From: a virus
Lineage: Duplodnaviria > Heunggongvirae > Uroviricota > Caudoviricetes
Length of the DNA stretch: 39,342 bases
IMG/VR virus record: IMGVR_UViG_3300026549_001501
Location: 99,348-138,689 of that record
Strand: one strand, 5' to 3'
Shown in pieces: positions 1-7,399 of the stretch. Numbering within the stretch: position 1 is the stretch's first letter; the number at the start of each line of letters is the position of its first letter. The notes under the pieces were generated by a model. It saw only the letters and a list, made by a program, of their open reading frames with translations, made no database searches and was not told the DNA's origin. The position numbers were made by a program, and so were the translations under genes.

Positions 1-300
1 AGGAAAATGCACGATATGGCGCACGGTGAATTCATAAGCATTCTTATGAATGTCGCAGACAAATACGGCTGTACCGTGCACAAGATAGACAGGTACTATC
101 CGTCTTCGAAGACATGCACATGCGGCCATGTGAACAAGGAACTTAAGCTGACGGACAGGGAGTGGATATGCCCCGTGTGCGGGGCACACCATGACAGGGA
201 CTTGCTTGCTGCTAGCAATATACTTCGTCGGGGCATCGACGAATTAGGTGGCAAAATAAATCCGCAACCCTCGCGGGCCGCGGTGTTTGTAAAATCCTAA
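1..300 (+). CDS. tnpB: TnpB RNA-guided nuclease, C-terminal part (5' partial)
   Basis: YPSSKTCTCG..WICPVCG zinc ribbon and HDRDLLAASNI RuvC-III motif. Confidence 0.92.
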   Translation, partial: RKMHDMAHGEFISILMNVADKYGCTVHKIDRYYPSSKTCTCGHVNKELKLTDREWICPVCGAHHDRDLLAASNILRRGIDELGGKINPQPSRAAVFVKS

Positions 301-334
301 GAATCCCACGAATTCATTCGTGGGAGTATGTCAA
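301..334 (+). repeat. IS right-end hairpin and TCAA end (3' scaffold of the reRNA/omegaRNA)
   Basis: GAATCCCACGAATTCATTCGTGGGAGTATGTCAA directly after the tnpB stop. Confidence 0.85.
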
Positions 335-810
335 ATATACCCTTCTTCTTTAAGAATCTTTCTTATCGAATTTGCAAGAAGATTTTTGAATCTGCTCATT
401 GTTAACGGCTGCAGTACCTTCAAGAAATCCTCAGGTAATGATACATTATCAAGTTTAAGCGCGTCCTTGAATAGAGGAGCAATCTGAGCAGGGGTGAATC
501 CCGCAATGCCACACCCAATTGGGGTTACGTAGAAATGATTTTCGGGGTGGTGGGCAGCATACCTGATAAACTCATTCACATATTTACCAATCTCAGGGAC
601 AGGAAGCATATGCTCAGGCGCCCCACCGGGAAGAGAAAGCGTAGGTATTGCGTATGTCTGTCCTTGGATCCCAACGCCGTTACCCCATTCAGCGCCGAAC
701 TTCATTGCAGCCTTAGCAGCGCCGCCTCCGTGCAATCCCTTAAGATTGCTCCCGAAAACGAAAATTTCACCTGGTCCAAGGCTTGTTATCATTTGAGGTG
801 TTACGTTCAT
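331..810 (-). CDS. Macrodomain-like phage protein (A1S_2505-type), copy 1
   Basis: IFVFGSNLKGLHGGGAA..FGAEWGNGVGIQGQTYAIPT and VTPIGCGIAG resemble the two glycine-rich loops of macrodomains; alternative start 822. Confidence 0.75.
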   Translation of the reverse strand: MNVTPQMITSLGPGEIFVFGSNLKGLHGGGAAKAAMKFGAEWGNGVGIQGQTYAIPTLSLPGGAPEHMLPVPEIGKYVNEFIRYAAHHPENHFYVTPIGCGIAGFTPAQIAPLFKDALKLDNVSLPEDFLKVLQPLTMSRFKNLLANSIRKILKEEGYI

Positions 811-850
811 ATTCTGCCACACATTTATAATATAAATACCTAATTTATTG

Positions 851-858
851 TATATTTG
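851..858 (+). promoter_or_regulatory. Bacteroidetes-type -7 promoter element
   Basis: TATATTTG 21 nt before ATG 880; no clear -33 TTTG. Confidence 0.6.
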
Positions 859-879
859 TTGTATTAAAACTAATATATT

Positions 880-1632
880 ATGGATAAATTAAACATATTC
901 AAATCCCTTGATTGCCTTTCTTGGCAGGACATGCTTTTCGTGAAGGAAACTTATGAAGCAATGTTATTAGAGGTTAATGATGGAACGGTATATACGTCGG
1001 AAGAAGAATTCTTCAAGGAATTGTTGCTGAGGTTCAAGGCGAATAAATTCTTACAGGTTAACCCTGTTGAGACAATAGGCAGTCTCATGCGGATACCCAC
1101 GTATAAACAGACGGAGAATGTTATCGTTCCGTTCGAACCGAACGTCGTACAGAAGGACATAATACGGCTCATAGAAGACAATGAACGTATCGTGTACCCG
1201 AAGTATAGGTGCGACGGTATAACAAGCGTATTGGCGGCTTATATCGCCGTAAAATCATATTTGAAGAGAAATACGAAGACAATATTCGTTGCGCCTAACG
1301 GATCGACGCGCAAGTTTATTCTTGAACGCGTAGGAATGTTTATTGATCAACTCCAAAAGGAACTGGCTATCTGCCCGGCAAAGGAATCGCTATATAAAAT
1401 GAGAGCCCTCGAGGGAATAACGCTTTACAATGGTTCAAGGATTAAAACCTTTGACGGGCACGATGCAAACGTATGCAGGGGTTTCGGAGATATTGATTAC
1501 TTCATAATTGACGAATGCAACCTTGTGAAGGATGAATATCAGTTCAGACAGCACGGAGAACTTATCGTAAAAGACAAAGGAAAGTTTATTGAAACATATA
1601 CCATTGAAGATAAGAAACGCCCACAATTTTGA
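880..1632 (+). CDS. Terminase large subunit-like ATPase domain only (T4 gp17-like), degenerate Walker A
   Basis: PFEPNVVQ (Q motif), KYRCDGITS (vs SRQLGKTT), LYNGSRI, CRG, YFIIDEC (Walker B); ends before any nuclease domain. Confidence 0.75.
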   Translation: MDKLNIFKSLDCLSWQDMLFVKETYEAMLLEVNDGTVYTSEEEFFKELLLRFKANKFLQVNPVETIGSLMRIPTYKQTENVIVPFEPNVVQKDIIRLIEDNERIVYPKYRCDGITSVLAAYIAVKSYLKRNTKTIFVAPNGSTRKFILERVGMFIDQLQKELAICPAKESLYKMRALEGITLYNGSRIKTFDGHDANVCRGFGDIDYFIIDECNLVKDEYQFRQHGELIVKDKGKFIETYTIEDKKRPQF

Positions 1633-1658
1633 AAATAGGGAAATAAGTCTTATATTTG
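1628..1658 (+). promoter_or_regulatory. Bacteroidetes promoter (-33 TTTG / -7 TATATTTG)
   Basis: TTTG 1628-1631, 19 nt spacer, TATATTTG 1651-1658. Confidence 0.75.
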
Positions 1659-1665
1659 CAACGAA

Positions 1666-1956
1666 ATGAAAGCTAAGAATTTAATAGATAAGGAAGATTT
1701 CGTAGATAATCCGTCGGAACCTGTTCTCGGTGGAAAGATACCTCGTTTCAACATTTTGAAGAACGACAGCTACCACACGGAACGCGGTTGTATGAACTAC
1801 GGCGTATTCCTCGCAACCTCGCTTGCAAACAGGAAGGCGGCTCCCATTCTCAATGCGCTTGTTACCTACTTCTATGAAGAGAACGACAAGGAGAAAGAAG
1901 CAGCGTTTTCAGAATTAAAACAATTAGCACAAAGGTATAATGGAAGTAACGGTTAA
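1666..1956 (+). CDS. Hypothetical protein
   Basis: 96-aa ORF directly after promoter, overlaps next gene. Confidence 0.7.
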   Translation: MKAKNLIDKEDFVDNPSEPVLGGKIPRFNILKNDSYHTERGCMNYGVFLATSLANRKAAPILNALVTYFYEENDKEKEAAFSELKQLAQRYNGSNG

Positions 1957-2296
1957 ATTATTTACGAAAGACAATGCATCCCGAAATGGGATGAAAATAA
2001 GCGAAGATGTTTTTAATGAGTTTCTCAAAAACGGCAACAATAAAATCGTTCGGTTTGAAGGCTCTGAATCGTCTAGTTTAGGAGATGCCGCCGGCATAAT
2101 CAAGGAAACTTGGAGGGAAGGCGATGATATGTACGGAAAAATAGAATCCATCCAGACACCTAATGGAAAAATTCTTGGAGAATTGATTCGCGCTGAGGCG
2201 CCGATTTCGATTTCGCCAGCGGGGTATGGAACAATTAATGAAGATGGAACGATAGATGATTTTACGCTTACGCAACTTAATATCAAATTACAATAA
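1940..2296 (+). CDS. Prohead core protease-like protein (T4 gp21 family), probably inactive
   Basis: SRNG; AAGIIKETWREGDDMYGKI (cf. gp21 AAIIIEDMWWKGNDVYGRA); TPNGKIL; SISPAGYG (cf. GVSSRGLG); GELNHP His motif absent. Confidence 0.7.
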   Translation: MEVTVKLFTKDNASRNGMKISEDVFNEFLKNGNNKIVRFEGSESSSLGDAAGIIKETWREGDDMYGKIESIQTPNGKILGELIRAEAPISISPAGYGTINEDGTIDDFTLTQLNIKLQ

Positions 2297-2322
2297 CGTT
2301 TAACACTTAAAAATTAAAAATT

Positions 2323-2727
2323 ATGTATTGGCTTATTATTGGAATCGTACTTTTTGTACTTGGGCTTGTTCTTTTTATCATTGGCACTAACAGTTACACA
2401 GTAGATACTGAGGGATTTGGCTGTGGGCTCGGATTCACCGGAGCTTTTATCCTTCTTATCGTCGGATTGACAACAGCGGGCATTAAGGCAGATTTCGCCG
2501 CGTTTAAGACTGACTATGAGTTCACGAAGGAACTTATCGATGATTATGAACGTGGCGATGATTACGGTAACACATTCGACGTAACAGAGAAGATAATCAA
2601 CATTAACGAGAAAATTGCAAAGCACCGTTCACAGTGGGACAGCGGTTGGTACAGCCTGTGGCGTAGCAAGGAACTCGGCGAACTTGAGCCTCTCAAACTT
2701 CCTAAAAAGAGTGGTTCTGCACAGTAA
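2323..2727 (+). CDS. Membrane protein with two N-terminal hydrophobic segments
   Basis: YWLIIGIVLFVLGLVLFII and GLGFTGAFILLIVGL. Confidence 0.75.
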   Translation: MYWLIIGIVLFVLGLVLFIIGTNSYTVDTEGFGCGLGFTGAFILLIVGLTTAGIKADFAAFKTDYEFTKELIDDYERGDDYGNTFDVTEKIININEKIAKHRSQWDSGWYSLWRSKELGELEPLKLPKKSGSAQ

Positions 2728-2753
2728 GTGGTTTAAACTGTTCACAGAAAAAG

Positions 2754-2782
2754 GATAAAGGCCCATTAAAGGGGCCTTTATC
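2754..2782. terminator. Intergenic hairpin, probable terminator (U-tract on minus strand)
   Basis: Perfect 11-bp inverted repeat GATAAAGGCCC/GGGCCTTTATC with 7-nt loop. Confidence 0.6.
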
Positions 2783-2801
2783 TACTATATAACGGGTAGA
2801 G

Positions 2802-3410
2802 ATGAGAGATTTATTAATGAAATTTCCGACAAACGTTGATTCGTATGCGCATTACAACATACGCTTTACACCAGACGCTCATGCTGCGCTCGTCGGGCAC
2901 CCGGATTCTGTTGGCGAGGTAGGAATTGAAGCAACCTCAGTGCCGGGAGAATTGGTTCATTTTCAATTAGAAAGTTCTATATTTCAAAATATGACAACAG
3001 CAGAAGATATTAAATTAGCAACATCAGAAGATTATCTTAGGGAACATGGATACCCTTCACGTCACGGAATGAACGAAGAGCAATTCTCGGCATTCTTGAA
3101 GAACGTACAATTCGTTTGTAACTATATTATCGAGAATAATCTTGAAGATGCCGATGTGATCAACAGTTATTACAACCCATCAGTTATGGTATTCGCCATT
3201 CTTGAAATGATATCCATTGACGGATACATTGACGAACTGACTGACGCAGAGAAATTCTATACTTTCTGTCAGACTTATACCGAGCGGGAGTGTTCTATCG
3301 CTATGGGAAAAATCAACCCCGATACGGATAAAGAAAGGGTGTACCGCGAGTGCTGCCTCGCCGCCGCTAAGAAGATTGAGGAGGTATTAAGTAATGATAG
3401 CGAATCTTAA
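2802..3410 (+). CDS. Hypothetical protein
   Basis: 202-aa ORF, no recognised motif. Confidence 0.75.
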   Translation: MRDLLMKFPTNVDSYAHYNIRFTPDAHAALVGHPDSVGEVGIEATSVPGELVHFQLESSIFQNMTTAEDIKLATSEDYLREHGYPSRHGMNEEQFSAFLKNVQFVCNYIIENNLEDADVINSYYNPSVMVFAILEMISIDGYIDELTDAEKFYTFCQTYTERECSIAMGKINPDTDKERVYRECCLAAAKKIEEVLSNDSES

Positions 3411-3552
3411 TAACCATGATAAAATAACAAAATACATCGCAGAATTAAGCAGAAGAGGATACACTTTCAAGGAAATACTTGAAGCGGTTATGAAGTACGA
3501 ACCTGACTGTGATATGAAACGATTGACTAATTATGTTAATGAGCGAATATAG
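3394..3552 (+). CDS. Small hypothetical protein (52 aa, not in ORF track)
   Basis: MIANLNNHDK...NERI fills gap and overlaps both neighbours. Confidence 0.55.
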   Translation: MIANLNNHDKITKYIAELSRRGYTFKEILEAVMKYEPDCDMKRLTNYVNERI

Positions 3553-3727
3553 TACGAAGGTTGGAACACTATTAAACAAAGTAGTAAACAGGGCACACCA
3601 TATGTTTTTAACAGGATACCCACGCTCTGAGATAGAGGCTGTTTGCAATGAAATGATTAAAGAGGAGGCTGGATACATTCTCCACTCGCAGCCAAAAACA
3701 TTAACAAATTACATATCAAACAAATAA
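3539..3727 (+). CDS. Small hypothetical protein
   Basis: ORF ending at terminator; alternative start 3533. Confidence 0.6.
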   Translation: MSEYSTKVGTLLNKVVNRAHHMFLTGYPRSEIEAVCNEMIKEEAGYILHSQPKTLTNYISNK

Positions 3728-3747
3728 CCCGCAGTTTTCTGCGGGTT
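3726..3747. terminator. Bidirectional intrinsic terminator
   Basis: AACCCGCAG-TTTT-CTGCGGGTT between convergent genes. Confidence 0.8.
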
Positions 3748-3753
3748 TAATTG

Positions 3754-4191
3754 TTAAAGGATACCTGAGTTAGCCCACTCTTCCGAGAAATAGATATTGC
3801 CGGGATAGCCTTCTTCTCCAGCCGCTTCCTTGAACAATGTCATAAGTTCCTTTCCGGAGTATCCGCAAAGCGTAACCTCATTTGGTTGATTGCGGTACGC
3901 TACCTTGAATTTCTTCTCAGGATTCTGACGGGCGCAGGAATACATTCGCTTGATATTCTCTACGATTACGTCCTCGTCCATAGAATGTTCCTTTCCGCGA
4001 AGGTTCCAACGAAGTTCAGTAGTAGGAAGTGCGTATGCACTACCCTGCAGTCCTTCTCCCTGTCCATATTTGGCGCCGAACTGTTTAACCGCAACATATG
4101 CGGAGCCGGCTCCGTGACGCCCCTCGGGGTTAGAGCCGAACACAAAGATAGTGTCAGCCGCCGGCGTGATATTTCCACTGTAAGTATTCAT
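3754..4191 (-). CDS. Macrodomain-like phage protein (A1S_2505-type), copy 2
   Basis: IFVFGSNPEGRHGAGSA..FGAKYGQGEGLQGSAYALPT, paralog of 331-810. Confidence 0.75.
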   Translation of the reverse strand: MNTYSGNITPAADTIFVFGSNPEGRHGAGSAYVAVKQFGAKYGQGEGLQGSAYALPTTELRWNLRGKEHSMDEDVIVENIKRMYSCARQNPEKKFKVAYRNQPNEVTLCGYSGKELMTLFKEAAGEEGYPGNIYFSEEWANSGIL

Positions 4192-4195
4192 ATTG

Positions 4196-4243
4196 CAAAG
4201 ATATTGAAAAATTTTGATCTTATCAATTTTATTCCTATCTTTG
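4196..4243. promoter_or_regulatory. Divergent Bacteroidetes promoters
   Basis: Minus strand TATCTTTG (4203-4196) 4 nt before ATG 4191; plus strand TTTG 4213-4216, 19 nt, TATCTTTG 4236-4243. Confidence 0.75.
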
Positions 4244-4262
4244 CGTTGTAAATAAATTTGTT

Positions 4263-4595
4263 ATGAAGAAGCAAACAAAAAAAGAAATCGAGGGAACCCT
4301 GCGTAATAAGCTGCAAAAGAAGTTCAATGATGATCTTGCATCATATAAGGAACGTTTAGAAAAGCTTGCCAACGAGAACTACGAGTTACAGAAGAAACTC
4401 CGTGAAAAGGTTGACGAGAACATCGCCCTCAGGGATAAGGTTGACCAATACGAGGATTGGAACCGTCGCCTGCAGGAGTTCTGTGATATGAACGAGGAAG
4501 ATAGGAAGGCTGCTATCGAGCAATATAAAACGGATCAAATACTCGCCGAGCACCTCAACAGATTCTCGACGTATCTGAATATATTTGGAATATAA
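4263..4595 (+). CDS. Coiled-coil hypothetical protein
   Basis: Heptad-rich E/K/L sequence after promoter. Confidence 0.75.
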   Translation: MKKQTKKEIEGTLRNKLQKKFNDDLASYKERLEKLANENYELQKKLREKVDENIALRDKVDQYEDWNRRLQEFCDMNEEDRKAAIEQYKTDQILAEHLNRFSTYLNIFGI

Positions 4596-4606
4596 TAAAT
4601 TATATT

Positions 4607-5026
4607 ATGAATAACAAACTAATGACACTTGATGGTCTCATAGAACGTCTCAAGGAGCTAAGGGAAATTGCTGGCTGTGATTGCCCCATTGTCTTGGGAA
4701 AATCATTTGACAGCAGGAAAGAACGCCTGAAACTAACAATGGTGTCGCTCGACAGTATGGCAAATGGTAGTAACAAACATGTGGCAATGTTGGTAGAGAA
4801 CTTCCCCTGGCACCCACTATTCTACTGTAATGTACCAAAAAACGAAGCGTTTGAATTAGCTTTTTCTGTTTTTGAAAAAGAGAATCCTGATTGGAGGAGT
4901 ACGCTTAGCGATTCAACTTACAATGAACTTGCCGAGTGGTATGATGTATTCCAGGGTGAGAACAAGGAAGAACTTACTGACACAGCATGGGCGTTCGCCA
5001 ATTACGTGTGGAACAAAATAAAGTAG
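4607..5026 (+). CDS. Hypothetical protein
   Basis: 139-aa ORF, LIERLKEL N-terminal motif. Confidence 0.7.
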   Translation: MNNKLMTLDGLIERLKELREIAGCDCPIVLGKSFDSRKERLKLTMVSLDSMANGSNKHVAMLVENFPWHPLFYCNVPKNEAFELAFSVFEKENPDWRSTLSDSTYNELAEWYDVFQGENKEELTDTAWAFANYVWNKIK

Positions 5027-5029
5027 TAT

Positions 5030-5266
5030 ATGAGTAAAAATTTCCACATATTACCATTTGATTTTGAAAAGGCAAAACACCTTCAGTATCCAGATAGGAT
5101 AGAAACCCAAAATGGCGGAAAAATTGATATACTATCGTTTGAAAGCGGCGCAAAATACGAGCCCATTGTGGCGGTATATAATAACGAGTCCATTAGAACG
5201 TATTATCATAATGGAAGAGAAATTAACGGATATTCTAGATTAGTATTAATTGTTTATGAAAAATAA
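5030..5266 (+). CDS. PF..TRDG/RIICWD-family phage protein (divergent paralog)
   Basis: PFDFEKAK..ETQNGGKIDIL..PIVAV..YYHNG aligns with 7019, 22541, 31048. Confidence 0.65.
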   Translation: MSKNFHILPFDFEKAKHLQYPDRIETQNGGKIDILSFESGAKYEPIVAVYNNESIRTYYHNGREINGYSRLVLIVYEK

Positions 5267-5543
5267 AATTGTTTCATTTGAAAAAGCAATAAAGCTTAAC
5301 CAAGATGGGCTTAGATATGACGTATACGATGGCCCTTGGTTCTATGTAACAAGTAAAAAACTTTTACAAAAATACGACAGAGGTTCTTGCACGGAAATAT
5401 ACAACAAAGGTGATAGATTCTATAATGACGCCGATTCAATGGTAATAGAAGGAGATTACATTCCGGCACCTTCAAAAAAACAGGCAATTTGCTTCAAACT
5501 AAAAAGGGCTTTCAAAAAATTAAAAATGATTTTCAAAAAATAA
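5256..5543 (+). CDS. Divergent member of the VSFETAKLL family
   Basis: IVSFEKAIKL and YIPAPS match motifs in 35461 and 37973. Confidence 0.6.
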   Translation: MKNKIVSFEKAIKLNQDGLRYDVYDGPWFYVTSKKLLQKYDRGSCTEIYNKGDRFYNDADSMVIEGDYIPAPSKKQAICFKLKRAFKKLKMIFKK

Positions 5544-5548
5544 ATAAC

Positions 5549-5776
5549 ATGAAAGCAACAGGCGAGCCACTAACACTGATGGAACTTATTGCAAGACTTC
5601 AGAAACTTGCAGAAGTAAAGGGTGACTATCAAAGTAGAGAGTCACAAGTTAAATTCCGTCTTGACGGGGAAGACTATTATATCACGGGTGCGATGATAAC
5701 AACCGTAGACCCAGACTACAACTTTGATGAAGCAAATTGTGGTCCAGACACAGAAATTGAACTTTTCTATGTGTAG
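5549..5776 (+). CDS. Hypothetical protein
   Basis: ORF ending just before terminator; start moved to ATG 5549. Confidence 0.7.
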   Translation: MKATGEPLTLMELIARLQKLAEVKGDYQSRESQVKFRLDGEDYYITGAMITTVDPDYNFDEANCGPDTEIELFYV

Positions 5777-5781
5777 TTAAA

Positions 5782-5810
5782 CCGCAGGTTCTCCTGCGGC
5801 TTTTTCTTTT
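5782..5810 (+). terminator. Intrinsic terminator
   Basis: CCGCAGG-TTCT-CCTGCGG followed by CTTTTTCTTTT. Confidence 0.8.
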
Positions 5811-6102
5811 ACCAATATGTTACTGGCGGTTCCTTCAGTTGCTCATATTTATATTTTTCGTGAGGGTGCTGTTCAAGGTACGAAACAAGTTTATCCCTTA
5901 ATATCCAATGCGTAGGATATTCAACCACCGATACGTCAACGTGCATTCCTTTCCCGTCCAATATCTTATGTGCGTAGGAGTTGAAGTCTATCGTCTCAAT
6001 TCCGTCCTCTCCGAACTCAGCAATGATTATATTGATTGATCCATTCTCAGGAAGATTCTCGAAGAGAGTATCCAATGTATTCCATTTAACTGATTTGCTC
6101 AT
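5809..6102 (-). CDS. Hypothetical protein
   Basis: Overlaps 3' end of GNAT gene; ends at terminator. Confidence 0.7.
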   Translation of the reverse strand: MSKSVKWNTLDTLFENLPENGSINIIIAEFGEDGIETIDFNSYAHKILDGKGMHVDVSVVEYPTHWILRDKLVSYLEQHPHEKYKYEQLKEPPVTYW

Positions 6103-6622
6103 TAGTTTCTAAATTTATTCTGATTATCTCAACCTTTCTTTCAGTTTCTTTAATAACCGTTCTGATTTTCGCGTGTCCTATCTTTGTGCTTGCGTAACGT
6201 CTACTTAATGACGCGTATTCTTTGTTTATCATTTCGTGGGAACGTCCGTCAGAGAACCGTTGAACAAAGCCCATTTTAGTCCAGAATGAATGCGCTTCTC
6301 CGTCCTTTTCGCCGGCATATGCCAACGTTATTGCCCTGCTTCCTATTTGTTCTGACACGAGTTTATAGAATTCTGTTCCTATACCTTGCCTGTGATAATC
6401 TGAATTGATTTCAAACAAGTGTATCCGATAGAAATTTGTGGGCGATTCGCCACAAAAAGTTATTCCTACGGTAACTCCGTCCTTAGCCAATCTGTATACT
6501 TCTTGTATCTGCCCGTTCTTGTATGATCTGAACTTCCTCGATATCAACGGAAACTTCGGCTCCAAGTCCGTACCTTGAAACCATTTACAAAAATCATCGA
6601 ATGTACATTTTATAAGTTTCAT
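6086..6622 (-). CDS. GNAT-family acetyltransferase
   Basis: IHLFEINSDYHRQGIGT acetyl-CoA motif A and AHSFWTKMGF motif B. Confidence 0.8.
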   Translation of the reverse strand: MKLIKCTFDDFCKWFQGTDLEPKFPLISRKFRSYKNGQIQEVYRLAKDGVTVGITFCGESPTNFYRIHLFEINSDYHRQGIGTEFYKLVSEQIGSRAITLAYAGEKDGEAHSFWTKMGFVQRFSDGRSHEMINKEYASLSRRYASTKIGHAKIRTVIKETERKVEIIRINLETNEQIS

Positions 6623-6647
6623 ATAAGATAAATATACCGAAAAAATG

Positions 6648-6666
6648 TATATTTGTTATAACAAAT
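6648..6666 (+). promoter_or_regulatory. -7 promoter element overlapped by a 16-bp perfect palindrome
   Basis: TATATTTG 6648-6655; ATTTGTTATAACAAAT 6651-6666. Confidence 0.6.
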
Positions 6667-6677
6667 TATATTAAAAT

Positions 6678-6971
6678 ATGTGGCTTTTTGTTTTAACAAT
6701 CATTCTTTTAGTTGTAAGCGCGATAGTCGTTTACAAGAACGCTGAGGTACACGAGCTCCATAAAATGAGAGCGGCATTTGACGATAAGCGTGCCTATATT
6801 CAGGGGCTTATCAATGAGCGTGGGCACGATATCCACAACTTCAACTACGATTACTATCAGGGAGAACTTGAGGCAATCGACGAACTTGAAGCAACCATTG
6901 ACGAGGAACTTGAAGCGCTGAAGAACTTCGATTTAACGGGTAAGAATAAGGAAGAGGAGCCGCAGAGTTAA
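6678..6971 (+). CDS. N-terminally membrane-anchored protein
   Basis: WLFVLTIILLVVSAIVVY followed by acidic helical region. Confidence 0.75.
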   Translation: MWLFVLTIILLVVSAIVVYKNAEVHELHKMRAAFDDKRAYIQGLINERGHDIHNFNYDYYQGELEAIDELEATIDEELEALKNFDLTGKNKEEEPQS

Positions 6972-6980
6972 TCTACGGCT

Positions 6981-7012
6981 TTTGCTTTTCTCGAATAAAG
7001 TTGGTATATTTG
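6981..7012 (+). promoter_or_regulatory. Bacteroidetes promoter
   Basis: TTTG 6981-6984, 20 nt, TATATTTG 7005-7012. Confidence 0.75.
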
Positions 7013-7018
7013 TATTGT

Positions 7019-7399
7019 ATGGTGAGAGATAAGATACCTTTTAATATTAAGTTCCGTTCAGAAATTGAGAGCGGAAAAATGCTTGTGAGAACTCTTGACG
7101 GCGACAAGGTTCGCATTATCTGTTGGGATGCCGACGGCTACTGTCCTATTGTTGGGCTTATTCAACTCGAGGGAGAATCTGTCACGACGGCATTTAAGTA
7201 TCACGAGGACGGAACCGTCGCCAAGCCGCATAACGGAGAACTTCTCAATCTCGTTCTTATAAGGAAATTTGACGAGTTCGAGGAGAAACTTAAGGAAATT
7301 GTTGATTCGTTCAATGATGGCGGCTCCATTACCGACGAGGGCGTTGTGTTCTATTCGAGACAATTGAAGGATATTCTTTCAAAACGCCATGTTAAGTAA
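7019..7399 (+). CDS. PF..TRDG/RIICWD-family phage protein
   Basis: IPFNIKFRSEIESG..RTLDGDKVRIICWDA..PIVGLI; start moved to ATG after promoter. Confidence 0.75.
   Translation: MVRDKIPFNIKFRSEIESGKMLVRTLDGDKVRIICWDADGYCPIVGLIQLEGESVTTAFKYHEDGTVAKPHNGELLNLVLIRKFDEFEEKLKEIVDSFNDGGSITDEGVVFYSRQLKDILSKRHVK

Larger units (their letters stand above)
1..334 (+). mobile_element. 3' part of an IS200/IS605-family element (tnpB plus right end)
   Basis: TnpB C-terminus followed immediately by subterminal hairpin CCCACGAAT-TC-ATTCGTGGG and terminal TCAA (331-334), typical of IS605/IS1341-type right ends. Confidence 0.9.

Noticed and set aside
880-2296. Functional DNA-packaging/head module
   Set aside because: Walker A lysine, nuclease domain and protease His are missing, and no portal, scaffold or capsid genes are nearby.
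5809-6622. GNAT toxin-antitoxin pair
   Set aside because: The partner gene is downstream and shows no ribbon-helix-helix motif, whereas known GNAT TA antitoxins are upstream RHH proteins.
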